Shown here: positions 26,885 through 36,961 of the stretch, one piece after another
Position numbering within the stretch: position 1 is the first letter of the stretch
Layout: each line of letters opens with the position of its first letter
Source of the DNA: Pseudomonadota bacterium
GTDB lineage: Bacteria; Bdellovibrionota_B; Oligoflexia; Oligoflexales; CAIYRB01
Assembly (NCBI GenBank): GCA_031416315.1
Contig: JANOTL010000054.1
Location: forward strand, 1-60,282
Length of the DNA: 60,282 nt
Direction: 5' to 3'
Notes under the pieces: model-generated
Seen by the model: only the letters and a program-made list of their open reading frames with translations
Databases searched by the model: none
Told to the model about the DNA's origin: nothing
Program-made: the position numbers and the translations under genes

Positions 26885-27787
26885 ATGAGCGACATCTTGT
26901 CGATCCTGAAGACCACCGTAAACTCCTGGCTGGACGACAAGGGGCCGCGCCTCGGCGCAGCACTAGCGTACTACTCGGCCTTCTCCTTAGGACCGCTCCT
27001 CGTCATTGCCGTCGCGGTCGTCAGCGCCTTCTTCGGCGAGGAAGCCGCTCGCGGCGAGCTCGACCGCGCTCTGATCCAGACTTTCGGCGCGACCGCCGGC
27101 GCCGCGATCAAGGGCCTCCTCGAAAGCTCGACCAAGCCCGGCGCGACCGGTGCAGCCACCACGGTCGGCGTCGTCGTGCTGGTCATCTCGGCCACGGCCG
27201 TCGTGATCCAGCTGAAAGACGCCCTGAACACCATCTGGTCCGTGCGTCCGAAACCGGGCCGCGTGCTGCGCGTCTTCTTCCGCGACTACATCATCTCGTT
27301 CGCGGCCCTGCTCGGCGTCGCCTTCATCCTCATGGCCTCGCTGATCGTCACCGCGGGCCTCGCGATCGTGACCGACTACCTCGGCACCATCATGCCGGTC
27401 GACAAGAGCGTGATCGAGGTGGTCAACTTTCTGATCTCCTTCGGCTTCATCGCCGGCCTCTTCGCCATGATGTTCAAGCTTCTACCCGACGTGAAGATCC
27501 GCTGGCGCGACGTCGTCGAAGGCGCGCTCCTGACCGCGCTCCTCTTCACGCTGGGCCGCTTCGCCGTCGGCGCCTATATGGGCTACGTGAGTTACGACTC
27601 CACCTACGGCGCCGCGGCGTCCGTGATGGTCGTGCTTGCCTGGGTCTACTACATGGCCCAGATCTTCTTCCTGGGCGCCGAGCTCACCAAGACGATCGCG
27701 CACGCCCGCGGCATCAAGACAGTGCCCAGTCGCGACGTCGACGTGGTGCGCGAAGTCACCCTCGACCGGGCTCAGACGACGACGTGA
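26885..27787 (+). CDS. YihY/virulence factor BrkB family membrane protein
   Basis: GAALAYYSAFSLGP, LNTIW, YGAAAS...WVYY...FLGAE. Confidence 0.92.
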   Translation: MSDILSILKTTVNSWLDDKGPRLGAALAYYSAFSLGPLLVIAVAVVSAFFGEEAARGELDRALIQTFGATAGAAIKGLLESSTKPGATGAATTVGVVVLVISATAVVIQLKDALNTIWSVRPKPGRVLRVFFRDYIISFAALLGVAFILMASLIVTAGLAIVTDYLGTIMPVDKSVIEVVNFLISFGFIAGLFAMMFKLLPDVKIRWRDVVEGALLTALLFTLGRFAVGAYMGYVSYDSTYGAAASVMVVLAWVYYMAQIFFLGAELTKTIAHARGIKTVPSRDVDVVREVTLDRAQTTT

Positions 27788-27805
27788 CACGGTGACCGTG
27801 ACGTC

Positions 27806-28282
27806 TCAAAGCGCGCAAACTTCGGATGAGACCTCGTAGTCCCCAGAAACGCGAAGCATGCCGAAATCGCCGCCGTTGGCGTTGTGGTCGAAATAGCTCC
27901 GCTCACCCATCTCGAGGACGGCGATCGCGTCGATCGGATTGCATGGGAAAACCAGGCTCGGGTCGTTCGGGAGGGTGACGTAGCGCACGAATCGGCCGAC
28001 GCGGGCGTCCTCGATCAGCGCCGCGGTCGGCGCATAGATGCCGGAGCCGGGGGCGTGGACCACGAGCTTCGGCGCGGTGCCGCTCTGATCGACGCGGACG
28101 TCGACGGTCGCCTCGAGGCGGCATTGACTCCGGGAAAGCGGGACGACCTTGGCGCGGCGAAGGACGACGCGGCATTCGCGGTCGGCGACGTCTTCGCGCT
28201 CGGTGGCGGAGGCGGTCGTGCCGAAGAATGCGCCCGAGATCAACGCGAGCGCCGAGAGCGAGCGGACGGGGGCGATGGGCAT
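27806..28282 (-). CDS. Secreted hypothetical protein
   Basis: AGGAG RBS, signal peptide, four Cys, FDHN motif. Confidence 0.6.
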   Translation of the reverse strand: MPIAPVRSLSALALISGAFFGTTASATEREDVADRECRVVLRRAKVVPLSRSQCRLEATVDVRVDQSGTAPKLVVHAPGSGIYAPTAALIEDARVGRFVRYVTLPNDPSLVFPCNPIDAIAVLEMGERSYFDHNANGGDFGMLRVSGDYEVSSEVCAL

Positions 28283-28350
28283 GGCGGCTCCTGGCAAGAA
28301 AAGGGCGTAATGCTGGCAAGAGACCGCAATTCAAGGGCTTTGTCAACGCC

Positions 28351-28854
28351 TCAGAGGATCGCGACGATCTCGTACTCACGCGTGCCGTCTTTCGCCTCGA
28401 CCGTCGCCGCCTCGCCCACGGTCTTGCCGAGCAGCGCAAGGCCCAGGGGCGCGCCGACCGTCACGGTTTGCACGGCGCGTCCCGCCGCCTTCAGCGCATA
28501 GCCCGCGGCGTAACGCAGCACGAAGACGGTCAGGAGTTGGCCGCTACCGAGCTCCAGGTCGACCAGGGCCGTAGCGGCGATCTTGTCTTCAGGGCCGAAA
28601 GCGCGCGACGCGGTGGCGCGGATCGCCTCGAGCGTCGCCTCGAGCTCGGAGACGCGTTCCTTCTGCGCGCCGGCGAGATAGGATGCCTCGAGCCCACGTG
28701 TGTCGTACTTGTTCTCCGCCTTCGCGTCGGGATGCGTCGCCGCCGCGTGCGTCGCGTCGGCGGCCTCGCGAATGGTCGCGAGCTCCGCTTCGATCTGCGC
28801 CGCGAGCTGCCGCAGGAGGTCCGTCTTGATCTCGTCCGAAGAGCCCGTTTTCAT
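28351..28854 (-). CDS. GreA/GreB-like transcription factor, non-canonical tip
   Basis: Coiled coil with ATHPDAKAENKYDTRGLEASYLA; Gre C-terminal domain APLGLALLGKTVGE. Confidence 0.8.
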   Translation of the reverse strand: MKTGSSDEIKTDLLRQLAAQIEAELATIREAADATHAAATHPDAKAENKYDTRGLEASYLAGAQKERVSELEATLEAIRATASRAFGPEDKIAATALVDLELGSGQLLTVFVLRYAAGYALKAAGRAVQTVTVGAPLGLALLGKTVGEAATVEAKDGTREYEIVAIL

Positions 28855-28986
28855 CGAGAAGGTCGTAGCATACGTGGTGCGCCTGCGCGACGGCGGTGGC
28901 AGAGCCACGGGCATCCAGCGCAAGTCCCCGTAGCCTCTCGTCATTTCGCGCTGGCGCCGCCGCTCGTTCCCGGGTAGCTTGCGCGC

Positions 28987-29667
28987 ATGCGCAAGTTGAT
29001 CCGCGGTATCACGAGTTTTCGGAGTCAGTCGACGCCAGAGCAGCGAAGCCACTTCGCCCGGCTCGCGCTCGGTCAACGTCCCAACGCCCTCTTCGTTTGC
29101 TGCAGTGACAGCCGCGTCGCGCCAAACGTCTTCGCCTCGACCGACCCGGGCGACCTCTTCGTCGTCCGCAACGTCGGCAACTTGGTGCCAGCGAGCGACG
29201 ACTACGGTCGCAGCTTGTCGGACCGCTCCGAGGCCGCCGCGATCGAGTTCGCGATCACGACGCTCCAGGTGCGCGACATCATCATCTGCGGCCACTCCGA
29301 ATGCGGCGCCATGCACGCGCTGCTCGGCGGCCTTGAAAATGTCCCCTACCCGAACCTGAAGTCCTGGATCGCCACGGCGCAACCGGCGCTGCGCCGATGC
29401 CGCGCCGGCGAGGAGATCGACCCAGGCCTCTCCGACGTGAACCGCCTGTCGCAGCTCAACGTCCTCGAGCAGGCCTCGCACTTCACCACCTACCCGTTCG
29501 TGCGCGACCTCATCGACACCGGCAAGGTCTCGGTCCACGCCTGGTGGTTCGACATCGCACGCGCGGAGGTCCTGGCGTTCGACCCGAGAATCAAGCGGTT
29601 TGCGCCGGTAGACGACTGGGTCGAGCACTTGGCATTGACGGGGCCTTGCGTGGGCAGGGAGCCGTAG
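28987..29667 (+). CDS. Beta-class carbonic anhydrase
   Basis: CSDSR, FVVRNVGN, GHSECG. Confidence 0.95.
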   Translation: MRKLIRGITSFRSQSTPEQRSHFARLALGQRPNALFVCCSDSRVAPNVFASTDPGDLFVVRNVGNLVPASDDYGRSLSDRSEAAAIEFAITTLQVRDIIICGHSECGAMHALLGGLENVPYPNLKSWIATAQPALRRCRAGEEIDPGLSDVNRLSQLNVLEQASHFTTYPFVRDLIDTGKVSVHAWWFDIARAEVLAFDPRIKRFAPVDDWVEHLALTGPCVGREP

Positions 29668-29680
29668 ACTCCCGTCTCGC

Positions 29681-31306
29681 TCAGTAGCTGTTGAGCGCCT
29701 TCACGATCGGCTCGAGCGACTTCAGAATCTTCAACTGCTTGTCGTTGAAGTCGCCGTCGTTGAGCAGCTTGTCCTTGGAAAACTTCGCGTTGATCTCGCT
29801 GGAGAAAGCCGCCGCCACCTCGGGGCCCACCTTCGCGTAGAGATCGATGCCGACCATGCGCAGGTCGACGCCGCCGACAGTATTGCTCACCGGGTTGATC
29901 GTCAGCGCCTTCTTGCCGTCGCCGATTCCCAAGGTGAACATCGATTCGTTCGGGATCACTCGCATCGAGTCGCTGCCCAGTTCGATCGCGAGCTGCTGGA
30001 TCAGCAAATGGAAGTGCCCCTTCTCCGTGACGCTGCCGGCGAAGTTGGCGCCGTACTGGACCGCGGCGTTGACGCGCTTCTTCACGCCGTCCTTGAAGCG
30101 GCCCCACCAGCGCTTGGGCTCGCTGTTGACGGCCATCACCTCGATGAACTCGAAGCGCAGCTGGCCGTTGATCGTCGGATAGTGGCGCCCGATGTTGCCC
30201 TGGGCCAGGTCGTCGTCGCAGGCCGTCAGGCACTGCGTGATCGTGCGGATGTCGGTCGGCACCGGCATACGCCCCCAATTGATCCGCGCGATCGGGCGGC
30301 GCTGCGTGCCGCTGCCGAAGTTGCCCGAGACGTTGATCGCCATCGCGGCGGGCGCGTCGGACTTGTAGGAGAAGTGCGGGATGTAGTCCATCGTGCGGAC
30401 GTCGACGACCTTCTTGTCCGGCGGCAGGGCGTCGTACGCGGCGCCGCGGATGCCGACCGGACCGCCCATGCCCGGGCCCGGACGCAGGATCACGCGCATG
30501 CTCGGCTGAACGCCCTGAGGGCCGTACCCCAAGGTCACCGAGAAATAAAGCGGCGTCCACGCCTTCGCCTCGTCGGCGAGGGACTCGACGTAAACGTCGC
30601 GCGCGACCTTGTAGAGGTTCTTCTCGTTCGCCACCGCCTGGCTCACCGCGGTGAACGCGTCGGCCTGGTCGTAGAGGTCGAGGATCTTGTCGTATTCTTT
30701 CGCGTCGCCGATGCGCGCCGCTTGCAGAAGGATGCCCGTGAGCATCAGGCCCGAGTCCTTGACCCGCGCCGCGACGCTGCCCGCCTCCGGCTCCGGCAGC
30801 TCGACGTCGGCCGGCAGGGTCAGGACCTCGTAGGTCAGCTGCCGCTGCTCGCCCGATTCCAGCGCCTGCTCGACGCTCGAGCCGAGCCGCGAGAAGAACG
30901 GCATCTTCGAGGTGTCGAACTCCTTCGCCCACGGATCGGTCTTCGCCCGCGCCTCGAGCTCGCGAATCAAATACTGCTCGTAGGTGGAGTTGCTCATGAA
31001 CGTCTCGTTCAGAGCGGTCCCCATGTCCTCGAGCGTGCGGATGACGAACGCCATCGGCGCCGTCACGCCCGGATCCTTGCCGGCGCGCCGGCCGTACATC
31101 ACGCGCGCGACGTTCAGGTTTACCGCGCGCTCGACGGCGCTGGCGAAGCCGTCGGCGATCGCGAGCTTCGCCTCGATGTTGGTGCCGGCGTCGTCGCCGA
31201 CGACCACAACGCGCTTATAACGCGCGCCGCTCTCGGCCGCCTCGGCGCCGAAGGCGGAAAGGAGGAGAGGCGCCACGACCAAGAGCTTCAAATTCAGAGT
31301 CTGCAT
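29681..31306 (-). CDS. Secreted hypothetical protein (541 aa)
   Basis: Signal peptide MQTLNLKLLVVAPLLLSAFGAEA; codon usage like its neighbours; 11 nt downstream of the lectin lipoprotein gene. Confidence 0.7.
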   Translation of the reverse strand: MQTLNLKLLVVAPLLLSAFGAEAAESGARYKRVVVVGDDAGTNIEAKLAIADGFASAVERAVNLNVARVMYGRRAGKDPGVTAPMAFVIRTLEDMGTALNETFMSNSTYEQYLIRELEARAKTDPWAKEFDTSKMPFFSRLGSSVEQALESGEQRQLTYEVLTLPADVELPEPEAGSVAARVKDSGLMLTGILLQAARIGDAKEYDKILDLYDQADAFTAVSQAVANEKNLYKVARDVYVESLADEAKAWTPLYFSVTLGYGPQGVQPSMRVILRPGPGMGGPVGIRGAAYDALPPDKKVVDVRTMDYIPHFSYKSDAPAAMAINVSGNFGSGTQRRPIARINWGRMPVPTDIRTITQCLTACDDDLAQGNIGRHYPTINGQLRFEFIEVMAVNSEPKRWWGRFKDGVKKRVNAAVQYGANFAGSVTEKGHFHLLIQQLAIELGSDSMRVIPNESMFTLGIGDGKKALTINPVSNTVGGVDLRMVGIDLYAKVGPEVAAAFSSEINAKFSKDKLLNDGDFNDKQLKILKSLEPIVKALNSY

Positions 31307-31317
31307 TTTCAAGCCTT

Positions 31318-33309
31318 TCACCCTGGGTCGAGGATCCACTGTTGGTTGTCGCCGCCGTGGCAGTCGGTATGGAAGTAAACGCGGCGACCGTTCTTGTTCC
31401 CGTTCGGCGCGCTCTTCGCGCTGGTGTCGATGTCCAGGCAGCTCATATTGCCGAACAAGCCGTTGTGGATCTCGGACCACGGCATCCCGGCACGCGGCAA
31501 GGTCAACTCGGGGCGCCTGCCGAAGGAGAAGACCTGGTTGTACTGCTCGTGGCAGCCGAACATGTAGACGTATCCGGCCTTTTTCTGCTTGTCCCCGGTG
31601 TGCGTGTCGATGCACTTGCCGGTCAGGAGATTTTTCAAGACGTAAGTGTCGCCGCGCGGCTCGATCAGCCAGCGTTGGTTTACTTCGCCGTGACATGGAT
31701 GCGCGTAGACGTAGTCCTTGTTCTTGTCGGGAACGTCGAGGCACATGTCGGAGTACTTGCTCTTAATGCGCCAGCCGTTGTGCGGCATGCCGTCATTGGC
31801 CTGCGGCGTCGTGTTGACCACGACCGAAGGGCCGGTGACCACCGGCGGCGGCGCCGGCTCTTCCATTTTCGCGGTCTCTTTTTTGTCGATGGCCTCGAAG
31901 GCGGCGGCGAAGAGCGAGTCGACGAGCGCAAGAGCCGGCACCGTCTGCAAGGCCTCGAGCCGACGCCCAGGCGTCTTGGTCGCGTCGGCGCCTGAGAGCG
32001 CCAGGTCGAAGTGGCTCAAGCGCAGGACGCCGACGAGCCGCGCCTCGACGCCTTCCGGCACCATGTTGGTCGGGATCACCGCGTGCTCCAAAGCGACGAC
32101 GCCGTCGGAGAGCGGAAACTTCTGGTACAAGGGCATCAAGAGCTGCGCAGCGATGTCGTTCAGGCCCAGCTTCGCGCCGCCGTTGTCGCCGCCGCCGCCC
32201 ATGCGCGGGAAGAAGCGCAGGTTCGTGGGATCCTGGATCGCCGCGACGTGGGCGATCTGCACCTTGTCGCCGAGCGCTTTTTTCTGCGCCTCGCTCCGCG
32301 CCAGCGCGAAAGTCGTGCCCTTCAGGCCGTTGAGCGCCGCCGCGCGCTTTTCGGGCGTCAGCCAATCGGCCGGCCGCATCACGGCTTTGAACACCGCGTC
32401 GTCGGCGTTGGCGATGCCCACGATTTCGGAGCGCTTCGCGATCTTCTCGAAGGCGCGCGTCACTTCCTTCTGCGCCGCGATCGCCGGCAGGGCGCCGCCG
32501 ATCGGGCTGCCGACGGTCACGAGCACGGCGGTCCGGTTCCTGAGCTTTTGCGCGTCGCCGCCGTCGCCGCCCATCGCGTGCAAGACGATCGGGCCGGCGA
32601 CGCCGTAGGCCCAGATCGCGAGCACGTCGGTGTCGGCCAAGTCTTTGCCGAGCGCCGTCTGCGCCGCCGCCACGCCGGCCTCGAGCCCGCCTTCGGCCGC
32701 GACCGCGACGTCGCGGAAGCCGACCGCGCTGCCTTCGAGCGCCGCTTTCACCGCGGTCAGCGCGCCGTTGGTGACCTTCGCCTCTTCGCCGGTGACGACG
32801 ACGAGGGTGAGCTTCAAGCCGTCGGCCTTGAGCGCGTCGCCACGCCCCTTCAGCGCCGCCATGACGTCCTTCGGCACTTCGTCGCCGCCGGGGAAGCCGC
32901 CGGCGCCTTTGCACGCGAGGAACGTGTAGGTCGGCAGGGTGACCCATTCCTCGAACTTGTCCCAGCTGAGAACGTTCCCCTTCAGGACCTGCTGGATCGA
33001 GCCGACGAGCTCGCCGCGGTTGCGGCCCCAAGAGGACTTTTGTTTACCCGGAGCGCCCGTGACCGCATACCGCGCGGCGTGCGCGCAACCGGCAGCCGGC
33101 TGATCCGCGGCCGCCAGGCGCGCGCCGAGCTTCCGCGGGAAGGCCCCGGTCGGCTCGAGCGCGAAATCCTTCAAGCCGCTGCTGACGCCGGAGAGGTCGC
33201 CCGAGCCGCCGCTATCTTCGAGCTTCAGCTCGCTCCCAGATTTGCGCGGCTTGCACGCCAGAGATCCGGCAAATAGCGCCAAAATCACCAGAAACGATGT
33301 CTTCGTCAT
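31318..33309 (-). CDS. Lipoprotein with a degenerate alpha/beta-hydrolase-like domain and a C-terminal ricin B-type lectin
   Basis: Lipobox SLAC; LVTVGSPIGG, SDGVV, LSHFDL; three CLD/CID...NQxW/F ricin repeats. Confidence 0.75.
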   Translation of the reverse strand: MTKTSFLVILALFAGSLACKPRKSGSELKLEDSGGSGDLSGVSSGLKDFALEPTGAFPRKLGARLAAADQPAAGCAHAARYAVTGAPGKQKSSWGRNRGELVGSIQQVLKGNVLSWDKFEEWVTLPTYTFLACKGAGGFPGGDEVPKDVMAALKGRGDALKADGLKLTLVVVTGEEAKVTNGALTAVKAALEGSAVGFRDVAVAAEGGLEAGVAAAQTALGKDLADTDVLAIWAYGVAGPIVLHAMGGDGGDAQKLRNRTAVLVTVGSPIGGALPAIAAQKEVTRAFEKIAKRSEIVGIANADDAVFKAVMRPADWLTPEKRAAALNGLKGTTFALARSEAQKKALGDKVQIAHVAAIQDPTNLRFFPRMGGGGDNGGAKLGLNDIAAQLLMPLYQKFPLSDGVVALEHAVIPTNMVPEGVEARLVGVLRLSHFDLALSGADATKTPGRRLEALQTVPALALVDSLFAAAFEAIDKKETAKMEEPAPPPVVTGPSVVVNTTPQANDGMPHNGWRIKSKYSDMCLDVPDKNKDYVYAHPCHGEVNQRWLIEPRGDTYVLKNLLTGKCIDTHTGDKQKKAGYVYMFGCHEQYNQVFSFGRRPELTLPRAGMPWSEIHNGLFGNMSCLDIDTSAKSAPNGNKNGRRVYFHTDCHGGDNQQWILDPG

Positions 33310-33414
33310 GGAGGATTCCCATGGAGAGATGCCGCGGATTTGAAAGGGGATCGCCTCCACTATAGCAGGCTTCCCAGCCCGCTTCGCCGCGCCACGCCGG
33401 CAAACACGCGACGC

Positions 33415-34533
33415 CTAAGCGAAATTCGCGAAAGATTCGCCGCCCGACAAGGCCGCGAAGAACGCGGTCCCGGCGCGTGCGCGCACGGGCCGGGAGGCGC
33501 CGAGGAATCCGCCTAGATGGCTCCACAGGTAGCGCAGGCGCGCCATCGCCGCTTGGCTCACCGGGATCTCCGGCACCTCACGCCCAGGCGACAAAACGAA
33601 CGGCGCGCCGGCGAGCATTCCCGTGAGCGTTGCGGCCGCGCGCTCCCAAGCCTCCGGATCGTCGCCGCAGTACGCGCCGAGGCGTCCCGCAGCGACGCGC
33701 GCGATCAATTTCTCCGGGCTCTGCATCGACAGCTCGTTCAAGAGCGCGAAACAGAGCAGCGCGTTGAGAAGCACCGCGCTCGTCAAAGCCAACGGCGCGC
33801 CGCGCCTCAGCTCCTCGAAGATCCAAGGATTACGCAGGGCGCCGCGACCGATCATGACGCCGCGGACGTCCGGTGCCTGGGCCACCCGCTCCCGCAAGGT
33901 CTGTGCGCACGTCACGTCGCCCGATCCCCAAGTCGGCGCCGCCGCTTTCGCCGCGAACGCCTGGACGACGGCCCAGCGGGATTCCCCGCGATAAGCTTCT
34001 TTCCGCGTGCGGCCGTGCACCGCGAGCCGCGCCAGCGAAAGCCCCGCGACACAGTCGACGAGCGTACGGCTTTCCGCCGCATCGTCGATCCCGATGCGCA
34101 TTTTTACGGCGAAACGCCCGGCGCCGAGCCGAGCCGCGATCCGCTCCAAGCTGCGGGCGAACCGCTCGGGATCGCGCAAGATGCCGCTGCCCGCGTCTTG
34201 ACCCAGGGCCGTCGGCGCCGGGCAGCCGCAATTCAGCTCGACCGCCGCGGCGACCTCTGGCGGCAGATGCTCCGCGGCCCGCAAGAAGCTGTCCGGATCG
34301 GTCGCGATGTATTGCGGCGTGATCGCGTACGGCAAGGCCCCGCGCAAGGCGAAGAGCTCCGGCGCGAAAAGGAGCGGCAACTCCCCCGCCGGCTGCGCGC
34401 GCGTCACGCGTAGAAACGGCGTCGTCATGGACGCCGGTCGCGACGCCATCGCGAGCCAAACGCGCGTCGCAAAGCCGGTGACGCCCTCCATGGGCGCCAC
34501 GCCGAGCTCGAGTTTTCGCTCTGCCGAAGCCAT
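33415..34533 (-). CDS. tRNA-dihydrouridine synthase family protein
   Basis: APMEGVT, LNCGCP, GSGIL, VKMRIG, VHGRT, GD, MIGRGALRNPWIF. Confidence 0.9.
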   Translation of the reverse strand: MASAERKLELGVAPMEGVTGFATRVWLAMASRPASMTTPFLRVTRAQPAGELPLLFAPELFALRGALPYAITPQYIATDPDSFLRAAEHLPPEVAAAVELNCGCPAPTALGQDAGSGILRDPERFARSLERIAARLGAGRFAVKMRIGIDDAAESRTLVDCVAGLSLARLAVHGRTRKEAYRGESRWAVVQAFAAKAAAPTWGSGDVTCAQTLRERVAQAPDVRGVMIGRGALRNPWIFEELRRGAPLALTSAVLLNALLCFALLNELSMQSPEKLIARVAAGRLGAYCGDDPEAWERAAATLTGMLAGAPFVLSPGREVPEIPVSQAAMARLRYLWSHLGGFLGASRPVRARAGTAFFAALSGGESFANFA

Positions 34534-34590
34534 CGTGCGACTCAAGTAGCACTTTGGCGGCGTCACGGCTTCGTCAACCGCGGATCGAGC

Positions 34591-35184
34591 TCAAGCCTTC
34601 GGCAGCTTCGCCGCCAACGTATTGATCTTCTTAGCAAGATCGGCGAAATGGTCGTTGTCGCGCAGCTTGATCGGCGTCGAGGGCCGGCCTTCGAGGAGCT
34701 CGTCCAAATACTTGTGGACCTGCACGAGCGGCCCGGCGCGACTGTCGCTCACGAGGCGCTCGGCCATCATATTGAGCTTTCCAGCGAGGTCTTTCAGCTG
34801 GTCGGACTGACGGAGCTGGATCGGCCGCGGCTTGCGCCCGTCGAGGATGTCGTCGAGATAACGGTGGATCGAGACCAGGGGTCCGTAGATCTCGTGCGTG
34901 TAACGCACGGAGACCAAGACCGTCGTCACGACGAAGAGCAGGATCAAGCCGCCGCCGATGGCGAGCGGCACGCTGAACTTCTGCAAGGTGACCTGGCTCT
35001 CGGCGCCCGAAAGCTTGAAATACGTGGCGACGGCGTCGAACATGTCGAGCACGTAATAGCCGAAGACGCCGATGATCATTGCGGCGAAGGCGAAGTTCAC
35101 CAACAAGAACATCAAGCCTAAGCGTACCTGCTTGTAGGGCTCGACGAACCAGGACGCGAAACCGCGTCTACGGCCTTTTTGCAT
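34591..35184 (-). CDS. 2-TM membrane protein with two tandem HAMP-like repeats and no output domain
   Basis: GPLVSIHRYLDDILDG...LRQSDQLKDLAGKLN and GPLVQVHKYLDELLEG...LRDNDHFADLAKKIN. Confidence 0.75.
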   Translation of the reverse strand: MQKGRRRGFASWFVEPYKQVRLGLMFLLVNFAFAAMIIGVFGYYVLDMFDAVATYFKLSGAESQVTLQKFSVPLAIGGGLILLFVVTTVLVSVRYTHEIYGPLVSIHRYLDDILDGRKPRPIQLRQSDQLKDLAGKLNMMAERLVSDSRAGPLVQVHKYLDELLEGRPSTPIKLRDNDHFADLAKKINTLAAKLPKA

Positions 35185-35232
35185 GATGGAGCCTCTTCCG
35201 TGTTTGGAGAATATCCTAGCACACGGAGGGCT

Positions 35233-35967
35233 TTACCGGTGAGAGGCCATGAAAGCCGCTGCCGCGAGCGCGGCCGTCACCGCGCGCAGGATCGACTCGC
35301 CGCAATGGACGGGCACGAAAGCCGCGCCCGCAAGGCGCTTCCGGTCACCTTCGCCGAGACCGGCCTCGCTGCCGACGACGCAGACGATGGCCGCCTTCGC
35401 CCCGCCCGAAGCCGCGAGCAGGGAAGAGCTCGCGCCAGGGGCAAGAACGAACCGCCCCGCTCCGGGCCCCATGCTTCCCGTCCGCTCCAGATGCGCGAGC
35501 AAGGCCTCGAGCGAAGGATGGGCGGCCACCGTCGCCGCGAAGGGCCGCTTGCATTGCTTCAGGGCCTGCGTCGCGATCCGCTGCCAACGCTCCACTGCCT
35601 TCGGCGCGATCCTCGTCTTGTCGACGCCCTCGCTCAGAAACGCGTGCACTTCGTCGATCCCGAGCTCGACCAGCGACGCCAAGATCTCATCCAGTGCGCC
35701 GTGCTTCAAGGCGCCGAGCGCAAGGACCAGCCTAGGCGTCTTGCGCTCGGCCACAGTCTCGACCTGCGGCAACACGAGAAACGCCTTCTTTCCCGCCTCC
35801 ACGACCGTGCCGACCGCCGCCCGGCCCGCGCCGTCGCAGACCTCGACCTCGCAGCCGACCTCGAGCCGAAGAACGCGGCCGAAGTGCGTCACCTCGTCTT
35901 CGTCGTCGACGCGCCAGCGCCCGTCGTCCTCGCGGCGGCCGAGGAAACGGAAGCGGTGCGCGCTCAA
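35233..35967 (-). CDS. rsmE: 16S rRNA m3U1498 methyltransferase
   Basis: H-x2-RVLRL, VELG, ALKQCKR, VGSEAG, ILRAVTA; downstream of prmA. Confidence 0.88.
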   Translation of the reverse strand: MSAHRFRFLGRREDDGRWRVDDEDEVTHFGRVLRLEVGCEVEVCDGAGRAAVGTVVEAGKKAFLVLPQVETVAERKTPRLVLALGALKHGALDEILASLVELGIDEVHAFLSEGVDKTRIAPKAVERWQRIATQALKQCKRPFAATVAAHPSLEALLAHLERTGSMGPGAGRFVLAPGASSSLLAASGGAKAAIVCVVGSEAGLGEGDRKRLAGAAFVPVHCGESILRAVTAALAAAAFMASHR

Positions 35968-35977
35968 CTTTGCGTCC

Positions 35978-36916
35978 TCACTTCGTCATCACCAGGCAGG
36001 CCCAGTCTTCTTGGCGGCCGCGCGCCATGCAGCGCAATCCAACGGCCTTGCCGCACTCGATCAGCTCCTCTTCTTCCGCGACGAGGAGGCCGGAAAGCAC
36101 CAAATGCCCGCCCGGCTTCGTCGCCGCCGCGAGCTGGTCCATGATCCGCAGGAGCACGACGGCCAGGATGTTGGCGAACACGAGGTCGGCCGGCGCGCCT
36201 TCGCCCGCCGCGGGGATCGAGCCCTTGCGAAACTCGAGCTTCGCGTCGTTCAAGCGCACGTTCTCGGCCGCGGCCAAGATCGCGTCATCGTCGATGTCCG
36301 TCCCGAGCGTCGGCCCGAAGCCCAAAAGCTTGGCGCCGATCGCGAGGATCCCCGTGCCGGTGCCGACGTCGAGCACGTTGAGGCCCGCCACCTTGCCGCC
36401 ACGAGCCTTGTAAATCGCGCCGAGCTGATCAAGGCACAGCCGCGTCGTCGCGTGCTGCCCCGTGCCGAACGCCATTCCTGGCTCGATGGTGATGGTCAAG
36501 AGCCCGGCCGGCGCCGGCTCTTTCTCCCAGGGCGGGCGCACGTAGAAGGTGTCCGTGGCGAAAGGCTTGAAGCTTTCCTTCCAGCCTTCCATCCACGTCT
36601 CGGTCGGCATCGTATGCATCTCGATCTTCTCGACCCGGCTCGCGAACTCGCGCGTCAGCCTGACCGAAAGATCGTCGAGCGACTCTTTGCTGTAACGGTA
36701 GATCGAGAGCGGCGCGAGCTCGCCGCCGAACTTCTCCCAGAAGTCGGGCTCGGGCTCGCCGTACTCGTGGTTGTAGTCGACGTCGAGCGCGCCCTCGACG
36801 AAAGACTCGACACCCGAGAGCAGGAGCCAGTCGATCAGCTTTTGCTTGGTCTTGATGGATTCGCGGGCTTGCGGATCGAATGTGACGCGCAGCTCGTAGG
36901 TCAAGGGCGGGTGCAT
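35978..36916 (-). CDS. prmA: Ribosomal protein L11 methyltransferase
   Basis: EPGMAFGTGQHATT, LDVGTGTGILAI, ANILA, LSGLL. Confidence 0.95.
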   Translation of the reverse strand: MHPPLTYELRVTFDPQARESIKTKQKLIDWLLLSGVESFVEGALDVDYNHEYGEPEPDFWEKFGGELAPLSIYRYSKESLDDLSVRLTREFASRVEKIEMHTMPTETWMEGWKESFKPFATDTFYVRPPWEKEPAPAGLLTITIEPGMAFGTGQHATTRLCLDQLGAIYKARGGKVAGLNVLDVGTGTGILAIGAKLLGFGPTLGTDIDDDAILAAAENVRLNDAKLEFRKGSIPAAGEGAPADLVFANILAVVLLRIMDQLAAATKPGGHLVLSGLLVAEEEELIECGKAVGLRCMARGRQEDWACLVMTK

Positions 36917-36961
36917 AGGCGCCCTGTTTCGCCCAGCAGCCCCTAAAAGTCACGCCAAAAT

